Positions 1 through 9,400 of a DNA stretch of 44,339 bases are shown here, piece after piece. The number at the start of each line of letters is the position of its first letter. Position 1 is the first letter of the stretch. The stretch is taken from positions 1 to 44,339 of the forward strand of contig JBBRLQ010000003.1 in the NCBI GenBank assembly GCA_038231275.1, written 5' to 3'. Below the pieces are notes generated by a model. It was not told where the DNA came from, made no database searches, and was given only the letters and a program-made list of their open reading frames with translations. Position numbers and translations under genes: made by a program. The stretch comes from Polyangiales bacterium. Its GTDB lineage: Bacteria; Myxococcota_A; Polyangia; Polyangiales; Polyangiaceae.

Positions 1-914
1 TCCGCGCCGGCGATGGCGCCCGCCGCGCGCTCTTTGAGCAGCGGGAACCCCAGCGCCTCGCGCTGCGCGAGGTACGACTCGGCCACCGCCTTGGCGAGCC
101 CGCGCACGCGCCCGATGAAGCGCGCGCGCTCGGTCACGCCGATCGCACCACGCGCGTCGAGCACGTTGAACTGGTGCGCCGCCTTCGTGACGAAATCGTA
201 CGCCGGGAGGACGAGCTTCTTCATCGGATCGTCGGAGAGCGCGAGCAGGCGCTTGGCCTCGGCCTCGTAGTGATCGAACGCCGCGAAGTGCGCCTTCGTG
301 TCGGCCTGCTCGAAGTTGTACGTGCTCCACTCCCACTCGGCGCGCTTCGTCAGCTCGCCGTACGCGATGCCGGGCGCCCACATCACGTCGTACATGCTGT
401 CCTTGTCCTGCAGGTACATCGCGATGCGCTCGAGGCCGTACGTGAGCTCGCCGGAGACGGGGCGGCACTCGATCGAGCCGACCTGTTGGAAATACGTGAA
501 CTGGCTGATTTCAAGCCCATCCAGCCACACCTGCCAGCCGAGGCCCCACGCGCCGAGCGTCGGCGACTCCCAATCGTCCTCGATGAAACGGACGTCGTGC
601 TCTTCGGGCTTGGTGCCGAGCGCGCGGAGCGAGTCGAGGTATTGATCCTGGATGTCGAGCGGGCTCGGCTTCAGGATCACCTGGAACTGGTGGAACTGCT
701 GCGCGCGGTTCGGGTTGTCACCGTAGCGGCCGTCGGCGGGGCGGCGCGACGGCTCGACAAACGCGACATTCCACGGCTCGGGCCCGAGCGCGCGGAGGAA
801 CGTGGCGGGGTTGTACGTCCCGGCGCCGACCTCGGAGTTGTACGGCTGCACGAGGAGGCAGCCGCGCTTGGTCCAGAATTCCTGAAGGCCGAGGATGAGA
901 TCTTGGAAGTACAT
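1..914 (-). CDS. glyQ: Glycine--tRNA ligase alpha subunit; C-terminal end runs off the window start
   Basis: Reverse-strand translation from ATG (914-912) gives [85 protein letters not shown]..., which closely matches the conserved GlyQ core. There is no in-frame stop before position 1. The gene is absent from the ORF track because no stop falls inside the window. Confidence 0.9.
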   Translation of the reverse strand, partial: MYFQDLILGLQEFWTKRGCLLVQPYNSEVGAGTYNPATFLRALGPEPWNVAFVEPSRRPADGRYGDNPNRAQQFHQFQVILKPSPLDIQDQYLDSLRALGTKPEEHDVRFIEDDWESPTLGAWGLGWQVWLDGLEISQFTYFQQVGSIECRPVSGELTYGLERIAMYLQDKDSMYDVMWAPGIAYGELTKRAEWEWSTYNFEQADTKAHFAAFDHYEAEAKRLLALSDDPMKKLVLPAYDFVTKAAHQFNVLDARGAIGVTERARFIGRVRGLAKAVAESYLAQREALGFPLLKERAAGAIAGA

Positions 915-935
915 CCGGTCGAAGGAATTAGCACA

Positions 936-1006
936 TTCCGACTCCGACTCCGACTCCGACTCCGACTCCGACTCCGACTCCGACTCCGACTCCGACTCCG
1001 ACTCCG
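936..1006. repeat. Perfect hexanucleotide microsatellite (TCCGAC/CCGACT)n, ~12 copies, non-coding, immediately upstream of glyQ
   Basis: Direct read: ttccg(actccg)x~11 actccgaacc. It lies between the glyQ start (914) and the stop of the upstream lipoprotein gene (1201). Confidence 0.95.
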
Positions 1007-1200
1007 AACCCAGAGATGCCCACGGGCCCCGAGACCTCGGCACGCTCGCGGCCGACCAGGAGACGATTCGATCACCGCTTGCGAGCCCCGCCGTCGCCGC
1101 CGGGCCGTTCGGCGCGACCGCGATCCGCATGCTCGCCTCGTCGGTGACGAGACGCCCAGAACGACGGCGACCACGATGAGCAGGAGCCCGGTGAACATCC

Positions 1201-2556
1201 CTACTTGTCCCCTTCCCGCAGTTTGCGGCGCTCGAGGATCCTGCTCGTTTCGCCACCTTCGATGCCGCCGTCGGGGAGGGCCAGCATCGCGTCGTAGAGG
1301 TCGCGTGTCTTGCCGGTGACGACGGCGCCGGCGTGAAGATCGGTGACGTAGGCAGGGCTGTTCGCGAGGGCGCCGGTGATGCTTGCATCCTGCACGGACG
1401 CGACCTCCACCCACATCCACTCGGTCCCGGCGTCTCCGCCGATCGCGAAGGGCAGCTTCACGAGGAGCTTCGGGCGCGGCTCGGGGGTTTTCTTCCAGCG
1501 CGCCACCATCCCCGCGAACGCGGCGCGCGCGCGGGCGGTCGCGGCGGTGAGCTCCGCGTCGTCCGCGAGCTCGACGAGCTGCTCGGCGGCGCCGAAGAAC
1601 GCGGCCACCAGCTTGTCGTAGCCCGCCGCGCTCGCGCCGCCCTCCGGAACGACGCGCACGACGGTGTTGTCCGGATCGCCTTGCTGCATCGGCGGGACGA
1701 CCAGGTCCACGCTCGCTGACTTTCCCTTCGCCTTCGGATCGTCCAAGGCCAGCGTGAGCGGCGCCTCGTCCGCGCCCGCCGCGAGCCGCGCAGCGACGGC
1801 GTTCATGATCCCTCCGAGCGCGCGTCCGGCGCCGGCTTGTGCGCCTCGCACCTCCAGATCGGGCGCGCCGAAGCGGCGCATTCCGAGGGAGATCATGCGC
1901 GTCGTGCCGTCGTCTTGCTCGTAGCTCTGGATGAGGATGCGATCGTCGCGGAACGCCGCGTCGCCGAGCGGCGCCGTGATCGCGTGGCGTGAGAACTCGT
2001 CGGCGGTCTCGATCCGTCGCACCGTCTCGTCGTAGACGAACCCGCGAAGGCGCTCGGCGATCGCCGCGGTGAGCGCGAAGGCCGCGCGCGCGACGAGGTG
2101 CTCGGGGGACGGCTTTCCCGTCGCGCGGATCACCACCACGGTCGGCATCTTGGCGAGCCCGGCGCGCTCCTTCGGCGTGAGCCCCTTGGCGATCAGCGTG
2201 AGCGTGCTCTCGGCGGGCATGCCCCAGTCGGTCGTCGTGGACAGCGACACCTCCATGCGCCCCGGCGTCGCCACGAACGCGCGCACGGCGTCGCACGTGG
2301 CGACCGGCCCGCAGTGGCGCGCGTCGATCAGCGCGCCGAGCGACCTTGGCGCGATGAGAGCGTCGAGCTCCGGCCGCGGACGGTCGGTCACGACGCCGAG
2401 CTCGGCGATCGCGTCGTGCGGCCTTTTGATCGGATGGGTCGCGACGGCAGGGGTCGCGTCGACGGCCGCGGCGCCGGCGTCCGTGGACGGCTTCGCGTCG
2501 TTCTTCGGGCAGCCGACGAGCGCGAGCATCAGGCACGCGGCAGTCGCGGGACGCAT
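1201..2556 (-). CDS. Hypothetical lipoprotein (secreted, ~451 aa)
   Basis: ORF 1201..2610(-). The internal ATG at 2556 gives [16 protein letters not shown], a classic lipoprotein signal with an L-V-G-C lipobox. Composition is protein-like (K, N, Q, W, M, F, Y, I present). It is divergent from the Hsp70 gene. Confidence 0.7.
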   Translation of the reverse strand: MRPATAACLMLALVGCPKNDAKPSTDAGAAAVDATPAVATHPIKRPHDAIAELGVVTDRPRPELDALIAPRSLGALIDARHCGPVATCDAVRAFVATPGRMEVSLSTTTDWGMPAESTLTLIAKGLTPKERAGLAKMPTVVVIRATGKPSPEHLVARAAFALTAAIAERLRGFVYDETVRRIETADEFSRHAITAPLGDAAFRDDRILIQSYEQDDGTTRMISLGMRRFGAPDLEVRGAQAGAGRALGGIMNAVAARLAAGADEAPLTLALDDPKAKGKSASVDLVVPPMQQGDPDNTVVRVVPEGGASAAGYDKLVAAFFGAAEQLVELADDAELTAATARARAAFAGMVARWKKTPEPRPKLLVKLPFAIGGDAGTEWMWVEVASVQDASITGALANSPAYVTDLHAGAVVTGKTRDLYDAMLALPDGGIEGGETSRILERRKLREGDK

Positions 2557-2672
2557 TTCCCATGCATACCTTGAACGCGAGGTGGGGGGCGGCTCGCCGG
2601 TCTCCCACATGGTCCGCCCCGCGTCTTTCTTGCGACGGCGGCGGCCAATCCCGGCACAATGGCGGGCAGGCC

Positions 2673-5198
2673 ATGGGAACCGCCATCGGGATCGATCTGG
2701 GCACGACGAACACGGTCGTCGCCGCCGTCCGCGACGGACGAGCCGTGACGCTCGAGGACGAGCAAGGTCGCCGCCTCATCCCGTCGGTCGTGTCGTTCCA
2801 CCCCAACGGGGGGATCCTGGTCGGTCAACCTGCCAAGGAGCGCCGCTACAACGACGCCACGAACACGATCTACTCGGTGAAGCGCCTCATCGGTCGCCCC
2901 TGGAAGTCGCCGGAGGTGCAGGAGTCGTTGGTTCGTTTTCCCTTCGAGCTGCGCGAGGGGCCGAAGCAGTCGGTCATGGCCCTCGCGCGCGGCGAGGAGT
3001 ACGCGCTCCCCGAGATCAGCGCGTTCGTGCTTCGGCGCGCGAAGCAAATCGCAGAGGCGCGACTCGGCGAGACGGTCGACCGCGCCGTCATCACCGTGCC
3101 CGCGAACTTCAACGATCTGCAGCGCGCCGCCACCAAGGTCGCCGGACGGCTCGCCGGGCTCGAGGTGATGCGGATCCTGAACGAGCCGACCGCGGCGGCG
3201 CTGGCGTACGGCCAGTCGATCGCGCAGTCGGAGCGCATCGCCATCTACGATCTCGGCGGCGGCACGTTCGACATCACGCTCCTCGATCTGTCGGGCAGCG
3301 TCTTCGAAGTTCTCGCGACCGCCGGCGACACGGCGCTCGGCGGGGACGACATCGACGTCCTCGTCGCGGATCGAATCGCCGCACAATTCAGGGAGATCCA
3401 TCGCTTCGACGCGCGCTCGAGCCCGGAGGCGTTCGGCCGCCTCCGCCTCCTCGCCGAGGATCTCAAGATTCGCCTCTCGACCGAGGAGGAGGTCGCCGTC
3501 AACGTGACCGACCTCGCGTTCGGCGAGGGTGGCGCGGCGCTGTCGATCCGGTTCGTCATGAACCGCGCGCAGCTCGAGCACCTCGCCAAGCCGCTCATCG
3601 ACAAGACGATCGAGGTGACCCGCTTCGCGATCGACACCATCGGGCAGCGGCTCGAGGGCTTCGATCGCGTCATCCTCGTCGGCGGCTCGACGCGGATGCC
3701 GCTCGCCGCGCGCGCCGTCGAGGCCTATTTCGGCAAGCCTCCGTACTTGCGGGTGAACCCTGACGAGGTGGTGGCGCTCGGCGCGGCGATCCAAGCGTAC
3801 TCGCTGGAGGGCTCGAAGAAGACCACCACGGCGGTGGCGATGGACGCGCCGCGTCCTCGCATGGCGACGCTGATGGGCGTCAGCGAAACGGAGATCACCG
3901 GCGTCACCCAGGTCACGCAGATTACGGGCGTCACGCAGGTCACCCAGGTCACCCAGGTCACGCAGACCGGCATCACGTCGACGACGATGAGCGGCGGACC
4001 GCCATCGATCACGCGCTCGTCGCCGAGCATCTTGAAGGGCTCGGTCACCCAGATGGGGGCGCCGCCGCCCTTGCCGCTGCGCTCGAAGCCACCGCCGAAG
4101 TCGACGTCGGTGTCGGCGTCGACGACCCTCGAGGACGACGCGTTCGCGGGCTTCGAGAGCATGCCACGCGGCCCCGCCACGAGGCCCGACGCAGCGCCGG
4201 GCAACGAGGGATTCCAGCTCGACGAGCCAGGCGCAGGCGACGAGCGCGCCGCGGCGTTCAAGCAGCGTCAGCCGGAGCTCGACGAGATCACGTTCAGCAA
4301 GCGCTCGCCGTCGCTGGTGGGCGCGGACGCCGCGAAGACCGGCTCCAAGCCGCCGCTACCGCCAAAGGCGCAAGGGCGCCCCGCGCCGCCCGCTCCGCCG
4401 CGTTACGACAAAGAAGATCCGTCAATGTCGTTCAACGTGCCGGACGTTCCCATCATGGAGGACGAGCCCAGCGTCGCTCGCGCGCCCGCGCCGCCCGCGC
4501 CGCCGCAGCGCATCGTGCCGCCGCCGAAGCCGCCCGCGCCGCCCGAGGATCGCTCCATCCAGTCGTTCACGATGCCGCTCGGCAACCAACCGCCGCCGCC
4601 GCCCGAGGAAATGCACATCCCTCCGCCGGTGCCGCAGCCTCCGCCGTCGACGACGCTCCCGCTGCGCGCGAGCCCTCCCAACGCGCAGATGCGCTCGGCC
4701 GATCCGCCGCCGTGGGACGCTCCGTCGATCGCGGGCGTCGTGATGGCGGCGGACGTCCGCGAGGGCATCCAGACCACGGTTACACCGCTGCTCATCGACG
4801 TGACGCCGCTCAGCTTGGGGGTCGAGACGGTAGGCGGCTACTGCGACGTGCTGATCCCCGCCAACTCACCGGTGCCCTGCGACAGGACGCGAACGTTCCT
4901 CACCACGAGCGACGGCCAGACGCTCGTGTGCGTGAACGTGTCGCAAGGGGAGGGGCGGCGCTTCGGCGAGAACACGTTCCTCGGCCAGCTCGAGCTGTCG
5001 GGCCTCGAGCCCAAGCCGCGCGGGGAGCTCGCGATCGCAGTGACCTTCGAGATCGACGCCGACGGCATCTTGAACGTGCGCGCCAAGGAGGTGGCCAGCG
5101 GGCGCGAGCGCCAGGCCCGGATGCGCTTGCTCGGCGCGACCGCCACCGAGGACATGTCGGCCATGCTGGCGCGGCAAGCGCGCCACGAGGTACACTGA
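2673..5198 (+). CDS. Atypical Hsp70/DnaK-family ATPase: NBD, a ~320-aa proline-rich insertion, then SBD-beta; no alpha-helical lid
   Basis: ATG at 2673 gives MGTAIGIDLGTTNTVVAAV (phosphate-1 motif). DLGGGTFDITLLD (phosphate-2) and ILVGGSTRMP (adenosine motif) are present. NPDEVVALGAAIQAY marks the NBD end. A P/S/T/A-rich insert follows (~3805-4775). Then come the conserved linker and SBD-beta: TPLLIDVTPLSLGVETVGG ... VTFEIDADGILNVRAKEVASGRE. The protein stops ~27 aa later. Confidence 0.85.
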   Translation: MGTAIGIDLGTTNTVVAAVRDGRAVTLEDEQGRRLIPSVVSFHPNGGILVGQPAKERRYNDATNTIYSVKRLIGRPWKSPEVQESLVRFPFELREGPKQSVMALARGEEYALPEISAFVLRRAKQIAEARLGETVDRAVITVPANFNDLQRAATKVAGRLAGLEVMRILNEPTAAALAYGQSIAQSERIAIYDLGGGTFDITLLDLSGSVFEVLATAGDTALGGDDIDVLVADRIAAQFREIHRFDARSSPEAFGRLRLLAEDLKIRLSTEEEVAVNVTDLAFGEGGAALSIRFVMNRAQLEHLAKPLIDKTIEVTRFAIDTIGQRLEGFDRVILVGGSTRMPLAARAVEAYFGKPPYLRVNPDEVVALGAAIQAYSLEGSKKTTTAVAMDAPRPRMATLMGVSETEITGVTQVTQITGVTQVTQVTQVTQTGITSTTMSGGPPSITRSSPSILKGSVTQMGAPPPLPLRSKPPPKSTSVSASTTLEDDAFAGFESMPRGPATRPDAAPGNEGFQLDEPGAGDERAAAFKQRQPELDEITFSKRSPSLVGADAAKTGSKPPLPPKAQGRPAPPAPPRYDKEDPSMSFNVPDVPIMEDEPSVARAPAPPAPPQRIVPPPKPPAPPEDRSIQSFTMPLGNQPPPPPEEMHIPPPVPQPPPSTTLPLRASPPNAQMRSADPPPWDAPSIAGVVMAADVREGIQTTVTPLLIDVTPLSLGVETVGGYCDVLIPANSPVPCDRTRTFLTTSDGQTLVCVNVSQGEGRRFGENTFLGQLELSGLEPKPRGELAIAVTFEIDADGILNVRAKEVASGRERQARMRLLGATATEDMSAMLARQARHEVH
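3894..3965 (+). repeat. Coding 9-nt tandem repeat (GTCAC[C/G]CAG)n, ~8 units, giving (VTQ)n/ITG inside the Hsp70 insertion
   Basis: Direct read: atcaccggc gtcacccag gtcacgcag attacgggc gtcacgcag gtcacccag gtcacccag gtcacgcag. Protein: ITGVTQVTQITGVTQVTQVTQVTQ. Confidence 0.9.
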
Positions 5199-5204
5199 CG
5201 GCGC

Positions 5205-5729
5205 ATGCCGGCGGCGTCGACCTTCATGGCGTGGGCAGAGTCGCTCCCCACGCTCAGCTACTACGCGATCCTGCGCGTCGCGCAGAACGCGTCGCAGGCC
5301 CAAGTGAAGGCGGCCTTCCACTCGTTCGCGCTGCGCGCGCACCCCGATCGCTACGTCGACCACGAGCCGGAGGTAGCCCGCTCCGCGGCGGAGGTCTTCA
5401 AGCGCGGCGTCGAGGCGTACAACATCCTGTCGAAGCCCGACCTGCGCGACAAGTACGACGTCGGCCTCGCCAAGGGAAAGCTGCGGCTCGATCCCGACGC
5501 GCTCCCGAGCGTGCCGCCGCCCCCGCCGAGGGAGAAGACGATCGAAGAGAGCGCGCAGACGCCGAAGGGCAAGCAGATCGCCGCGAAGGCCGATCGCTTC
5601 ATCGCCATCGGCCGGCTCGAGGACGCGCGCATCCAGATCGTCAACGCTACCCTCGAGGAGCCGTTCAACGACGAGCTGAAGGAGCGGCTGGCGGCGCTGT
5701 ACCAGGCGCTGTGCTCCGAGCCTCTCTGA
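5205..5729 (+). CDS. J-domain co-chaperone (DnaJ-like, 174 aa)
   Basis: SYYAILRVAQNASQAQVKAAFHSFALRAHPDRYVD...AEVFKRGVEAYNILSKPDLRDKYD is a canonical J-domain with the HPD motif. The gene starts 7 nt after the Hsp70 stop. Confidence 0.8.
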   Translation: MPAASTFMAWAESLPTLSYYAILRVAQNASQAQVKAAFHSFALRAHPDRYVDHEPEVARSAAEVFKRGVEAYNILSKPDLRDKYDVGLAKGKLRLDPDALPSVPPPPPREKTIEESAQTPKGKQIAAKADRFIAIGRLEDARIQIVNATLEEPFNDELKERLAALYQALCSEPL

Positions 5730-5759
5730 CTTCGTGAGACCGTACCCACCGAGCCCATC

Positions 5760-6365
5760 ATGAGCCTCGCGCACATCAAGCGGTGCCTCGACATCGCGGA
5801 GAAGGACATCGCCGCGGCCGTCGAGACGCGCGAGGCGTGCAAGGTGCTGCTCGATCACATCTCCAAGATTGCCGCCGCGAACCAGGGGGCGCCGAAGCTC
5901 TTGCTCGTGCTCGCCCGGATGGCGACGACCGCGTGTGACTGGGTCGACGGCGAGCTGCGCATCGAGATGGTCGGCGACGGCGAGGTCACGGTCGTCGAGC
6001 TGATGAGCGAGCTCGGCGGGGGGATGCGCGAGCGCGTGCTCCCGTCCTTCTCGCTTAACGTGCCGCTCGCCGAGTTCACGCGCGCGGTCGAGCGCGTGCC
6101 GCACATGATCGAGCCGCTCACCACCAAGGTCGCGTCGCCGCGGCGGGTGGTGTTCACCGCGAGCCAGGACGTTCGGAAGAGCACCGTTCCGCCGCCGCCC
6201 GTCGAGATCGGCAAGAGCTCGCTCTACGAGGCGCCCAGCGGCTCGCGCCTGCCGTCGGCCGTGCCGGCCGCGCCGCCTGCGCCGACCCCCGCAGCCGGTC
6301 GTCCAGCGGGACCGGGCAAGCCTCCGCCGCTCCCCCCGCGCGCGTCGCCGAAGCCGAAGACCTAG
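5760..6365 (+). CDS. Hypothetical protein (201 aa) with a C-terminal proline-rich tail
   Basis: Third same-strand ORF of the Hsp70/J cluster with high GC3. The tail ...GRPAGPGKPPPLPPRASPKPKT echoes the KPPLPPKA / APPPLPLRSKPPPK motifs in the Hsp70 insertion. Confidence 0.5.
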   Translation: MSLAHIKRCLDIAEKDIAAAVETREACKVLLDHISKIAAANQGAPKLLLVLARMATTACDWVDGELRIEMVGDGEVTVVELMSELGGGMRERVLPSFSLNVPLAEFTRAVERVPHMIEPLTTKVASPRRVVFTASQDVRKSTVPPPPVEIGKSSLYEAPSGSRLPSAVPAAPPAPTPAAGRPAGPGKPPPLPPRASPKPKT

Positions 6366-6402
6366 AGCAATCGCCCCGACGTCGCGCTCCTGCGCTCGGC
6401 CC

Positions 6403-9400
6403 TCAGCCGTCGCGTTCGAGCTGCTCGAGGATCGCGCGCGCGCTGCCCAGCGTCGGATCATCGTCGATCGCGCGTTTGAGGAGCATGATCGCACGCTTCT
6501 TGTCGCCCTGCTGACGCGCGATCTCGCCGAGGTATTGGTACGCGAGCGCCTTGGACATCGGCGCGGCGGTCTTCAGCATCGTGATCGCGCGGAGCGCGCG
6601 CGTCGCGACCTCGTGCTGGCCGACGACCATCGCCACCGTGGCGAGCTCGCTCGCGACGACGCCGTTCTGGCTATCCATGTCGAGCGCGACCGAGAGGTGC
6701 GTGATCTCCTGCTGCGGATCTCCCTGCGCGCGCGCGATCTTCGCGAGGCGGTGGTAGAGCGGCGACTGTTCGCGGGACCGCCGCCCCTTGTTCTGCGCGA
6801 TGACCCCCATCACGAGCTCGCCGGCCTGCGGCGCGCGCCCGCTCAGGATGTACGCGTCGGCGAGGCGCACCAGGCAGTCGAGATCGGCGGGGCGGAGGGC
6901 GTGGGCCTCCTCGAGCGGCTGCACGGCCTCCTCGGGGTTGCCGCCTTGCTGAAGGAGAAGCGAGCCGGCGCGCATCAAGTGCGTGAAGCGGCCGGCCACC
7001 TCGAGCGACCCCTTGGCGTCCTCGAGGCTCATCTCGGCGAGCTCCTTGAACGCGGCGGTCTGCTCGTAGAGGAGCTCGAGGCGGCGGCGCAGCGCGGCGT
7101 TCGTCGGCGCGGTCATGCGCGCGCGTTCGAGGCCGCCTCGCGCGTCGCCGATCCTTCCCGCGCGCTCGCACGCGTCGGCGAGGCGGAGGGCGGTGTCCAC
7201 GACGTCGTCCCCTTCTTCGAGCGCGACGAGGCGCCGATACACGGCGCTCGCCGCGTCCCAGTGCTGCGCGACCTCCTCCAGCTGCGCGAGCGCGCGGAGG
7301 GCGTCCTTGTCCTTTCCGTCGTTCTTGAGGAGATCGCCGAGGAGCGAGCGCGCCCCGTCGTGATCGCCGATCTGAGGGAGCAGCTCGCCGAGGCGCAGCC
7401 GAACGGTGCGCCAGCGCGCGATGTCACCGGTCGCGGCGGCGCGCATTCCGATGCGCTCGAGGTACGACGCGAGGTCACGGATGTACGAGCTCCCGCCGGC
7501 GGTGTAGGCGAGCTCCATGTCGTCGAGCGCGCCGGCGTCGTCGCCAAGCTTGCTCCGCATGCCCGCGCGCTGGGCGAGGAGCGACGGAAGCGCGGGGTGG
7601 TTCGCGTCGCCTAGCCCGTCGATGGCGATGCTGAGCTCGTCGGAGGCGCCGCTGAAATCGCCGGCGGCCGTGAGCATCTGCACGAGCTCGCCGAGGAGCA
7701 CCTGATCGTCAGGTGCGATCGCGCGCGCCTCGCGGAGGATCCGCGCGCCGCTGACCGCGTCCTTTAGCTCGTTCTGGTAGATCGACGCGGCCTCTGCGAA
7801 GCGCGCGACCTTGTCGTCGGGATCGGTGCGCCCGCGCGCGTCGGTGACCGCCAGCTCGGCGAGCTTGGGCCACGAGCTCTTCTCGCGGTACGTCGACTCG
7901 AGGCGATCGCGGATCTGCGCGCTCTGTGGGCACGCTTTGAAGCCGAGCTCCAGCGCTCGCATCGCGCCCTCTTCGTCCCACGCGTCGGCGCGGAGCTGCG
8001 CGAGCTCCAGCGCGAGCTTCTCGGCCGCGGGGCCGGTCTCCAGCGCCAAGAGACGCTCGAGGATGTCCGCGCGATCTCCCGCCTCGCCTTCCACCGAGTG
8101 CAGGCGCGCCAGCGCCTCGAGCAGCGGCCGGTTCTGCGCGTCCCAGTCGAGGCCGACGTAGTAGACGTTCTTCGCCTCGATGCGATCGCGCTGCTCCAGC
8201 AGTGAGCCGAGCCGCACCGAGAGGGACGCGACGCTCGGGGCGTCGCTGCGGTCCTTCGCGCCCTCGAGCTGGCGCGCGAGGAGATCGGCGAGCTCGTCGG
8301 ATCGCCCGAGGCGCTCGAGGATGCTTGCGAGCTGGATCGCCGGCTCGAGCTGGCTCGGGTCCTCGTCGACGATCTCGCGAAGCGCGGGGATGGCCTCCTC
8401 GTCGCTCATTCCGAGCTCGCCCATCATCGCCTTCACCCGTTCGACACGGAGGCGCGAGCGCTCGGCAGGATCCTCCACGAGCTCGACGACGCGGCCCACG
8501 AGCTCGACGAGCTTCTGCGCGGCGCCCATCCGGCGGTAGACCGACAAGAGCGGGTCCCACGCCTCGCGGTCGGCCGGCTCGTTCTCGTGGAGCGCCTCGT
8601 ACGTCGCGGCGGCGAGCGGCAGGTCTCCGAGCTCCGCGGCGGCGAGGCGCGCGACGTCGAATCGAAGCTTGCGCGCCTCGTCGGGTTCGGCCAGCTCGGC
8701 GGCCGCGCGCTTGTGCTCGACCGCTTCGGTCAGATCACCCGCGGCCGCCCGCAGCTCCGACAGGCGCGACAACGCCCACGCGCGCGAGGCTTGATCCTCG
8801 TTGTCGCTCGCGAGGAGCTCGCGCAGGAGCGCCTCGGCCTGCGCGGCGTCCCCGAGCTTCTCGGCGGTCGCCACCGCCTCACGCAGCGCGTCCTCGGCGC
8901 CTCCGCTGGTCTGCCGCCATCTGCGGGCGAGGGCGTCAACGAGCGCGCGCTCGAAACCGGGCTCGCGTCCCACCTTCTCGTAGAGGGCGATCACCTGCGC
9001 GCTGTCCGGGTGAGCCTGCGCGGCGTCGCGGAGGATGCCCTCGGCGCGCGCCCAGTCCGCCTCACGATCGAGCGCCGCGACGAGGAGCTCGCACCCCTCC
9101 TCCGGCTTGCTCTTGCCCTTGAGGCGCAGGCTCGCGAGACGGAACAGAGGATCGCTGGTGAGCCGTCCTTCCCGCTCCTCGAGCTGCACACGCGCGGCGA
9201 GGATCCGCGCCTGGCTCTTTTCGTCACCGACGCGCTCGTAGATGCGATCGAGGGCGAAGAGCACGTCGGCCGAGCGCGTCCCGTGACGCTCCGCGCGCTC
9301 GTAGATCGCGGCGGCGCGCTTGTCGTCTTTCAGATCCTCTTCGACGACCGCGCCCATGCGGAGGAGCAGATCGCACGCGAGCTTCTGGCTTTTCGCCTCC

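Noticed and set aside
936-1006. The hexamer array as a possible CRISPR array
   Set aside because: Unit is 6 nt with no spacers; it is a simple microsatellite, not a repeat-spacer structure, and no cas genes are present.
1140-1197. Hydrophobic start [18 protein letters not shown] on the - strand just downstream of the lipoprotein gene, as a possible micro-membrane-protein
   Set aside because: The frame continues into R-rich repeat translation and then out of frame through glyQ. No independent support, so it is most likely chance.
174-2806. ORFs 174..1319(+), 677..2806(-) and 895..1179(+) with RL-, RS- and SD-dipeptide repeats
   Set aside because: The repeat translations come from reading the (CCGACT)n microsatellite in alternative frames. 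The ORFs overlap the well-supported glyQ and lipoprotein genes out of frame.
2069-3794. ORFs 2069..3763(+) and 2529..3794(-)
   Set aside because: Out of frame or antisense to the lipoprotein and Hsp70 genes; R/G-rich junk composition.
4866-6494. 542-aa - strand ORF across the J-protein and hypothetical genes
   Set aside because: Antisense artefact (R/L/G-rich). The + strand genes have the recognisable J-domain.
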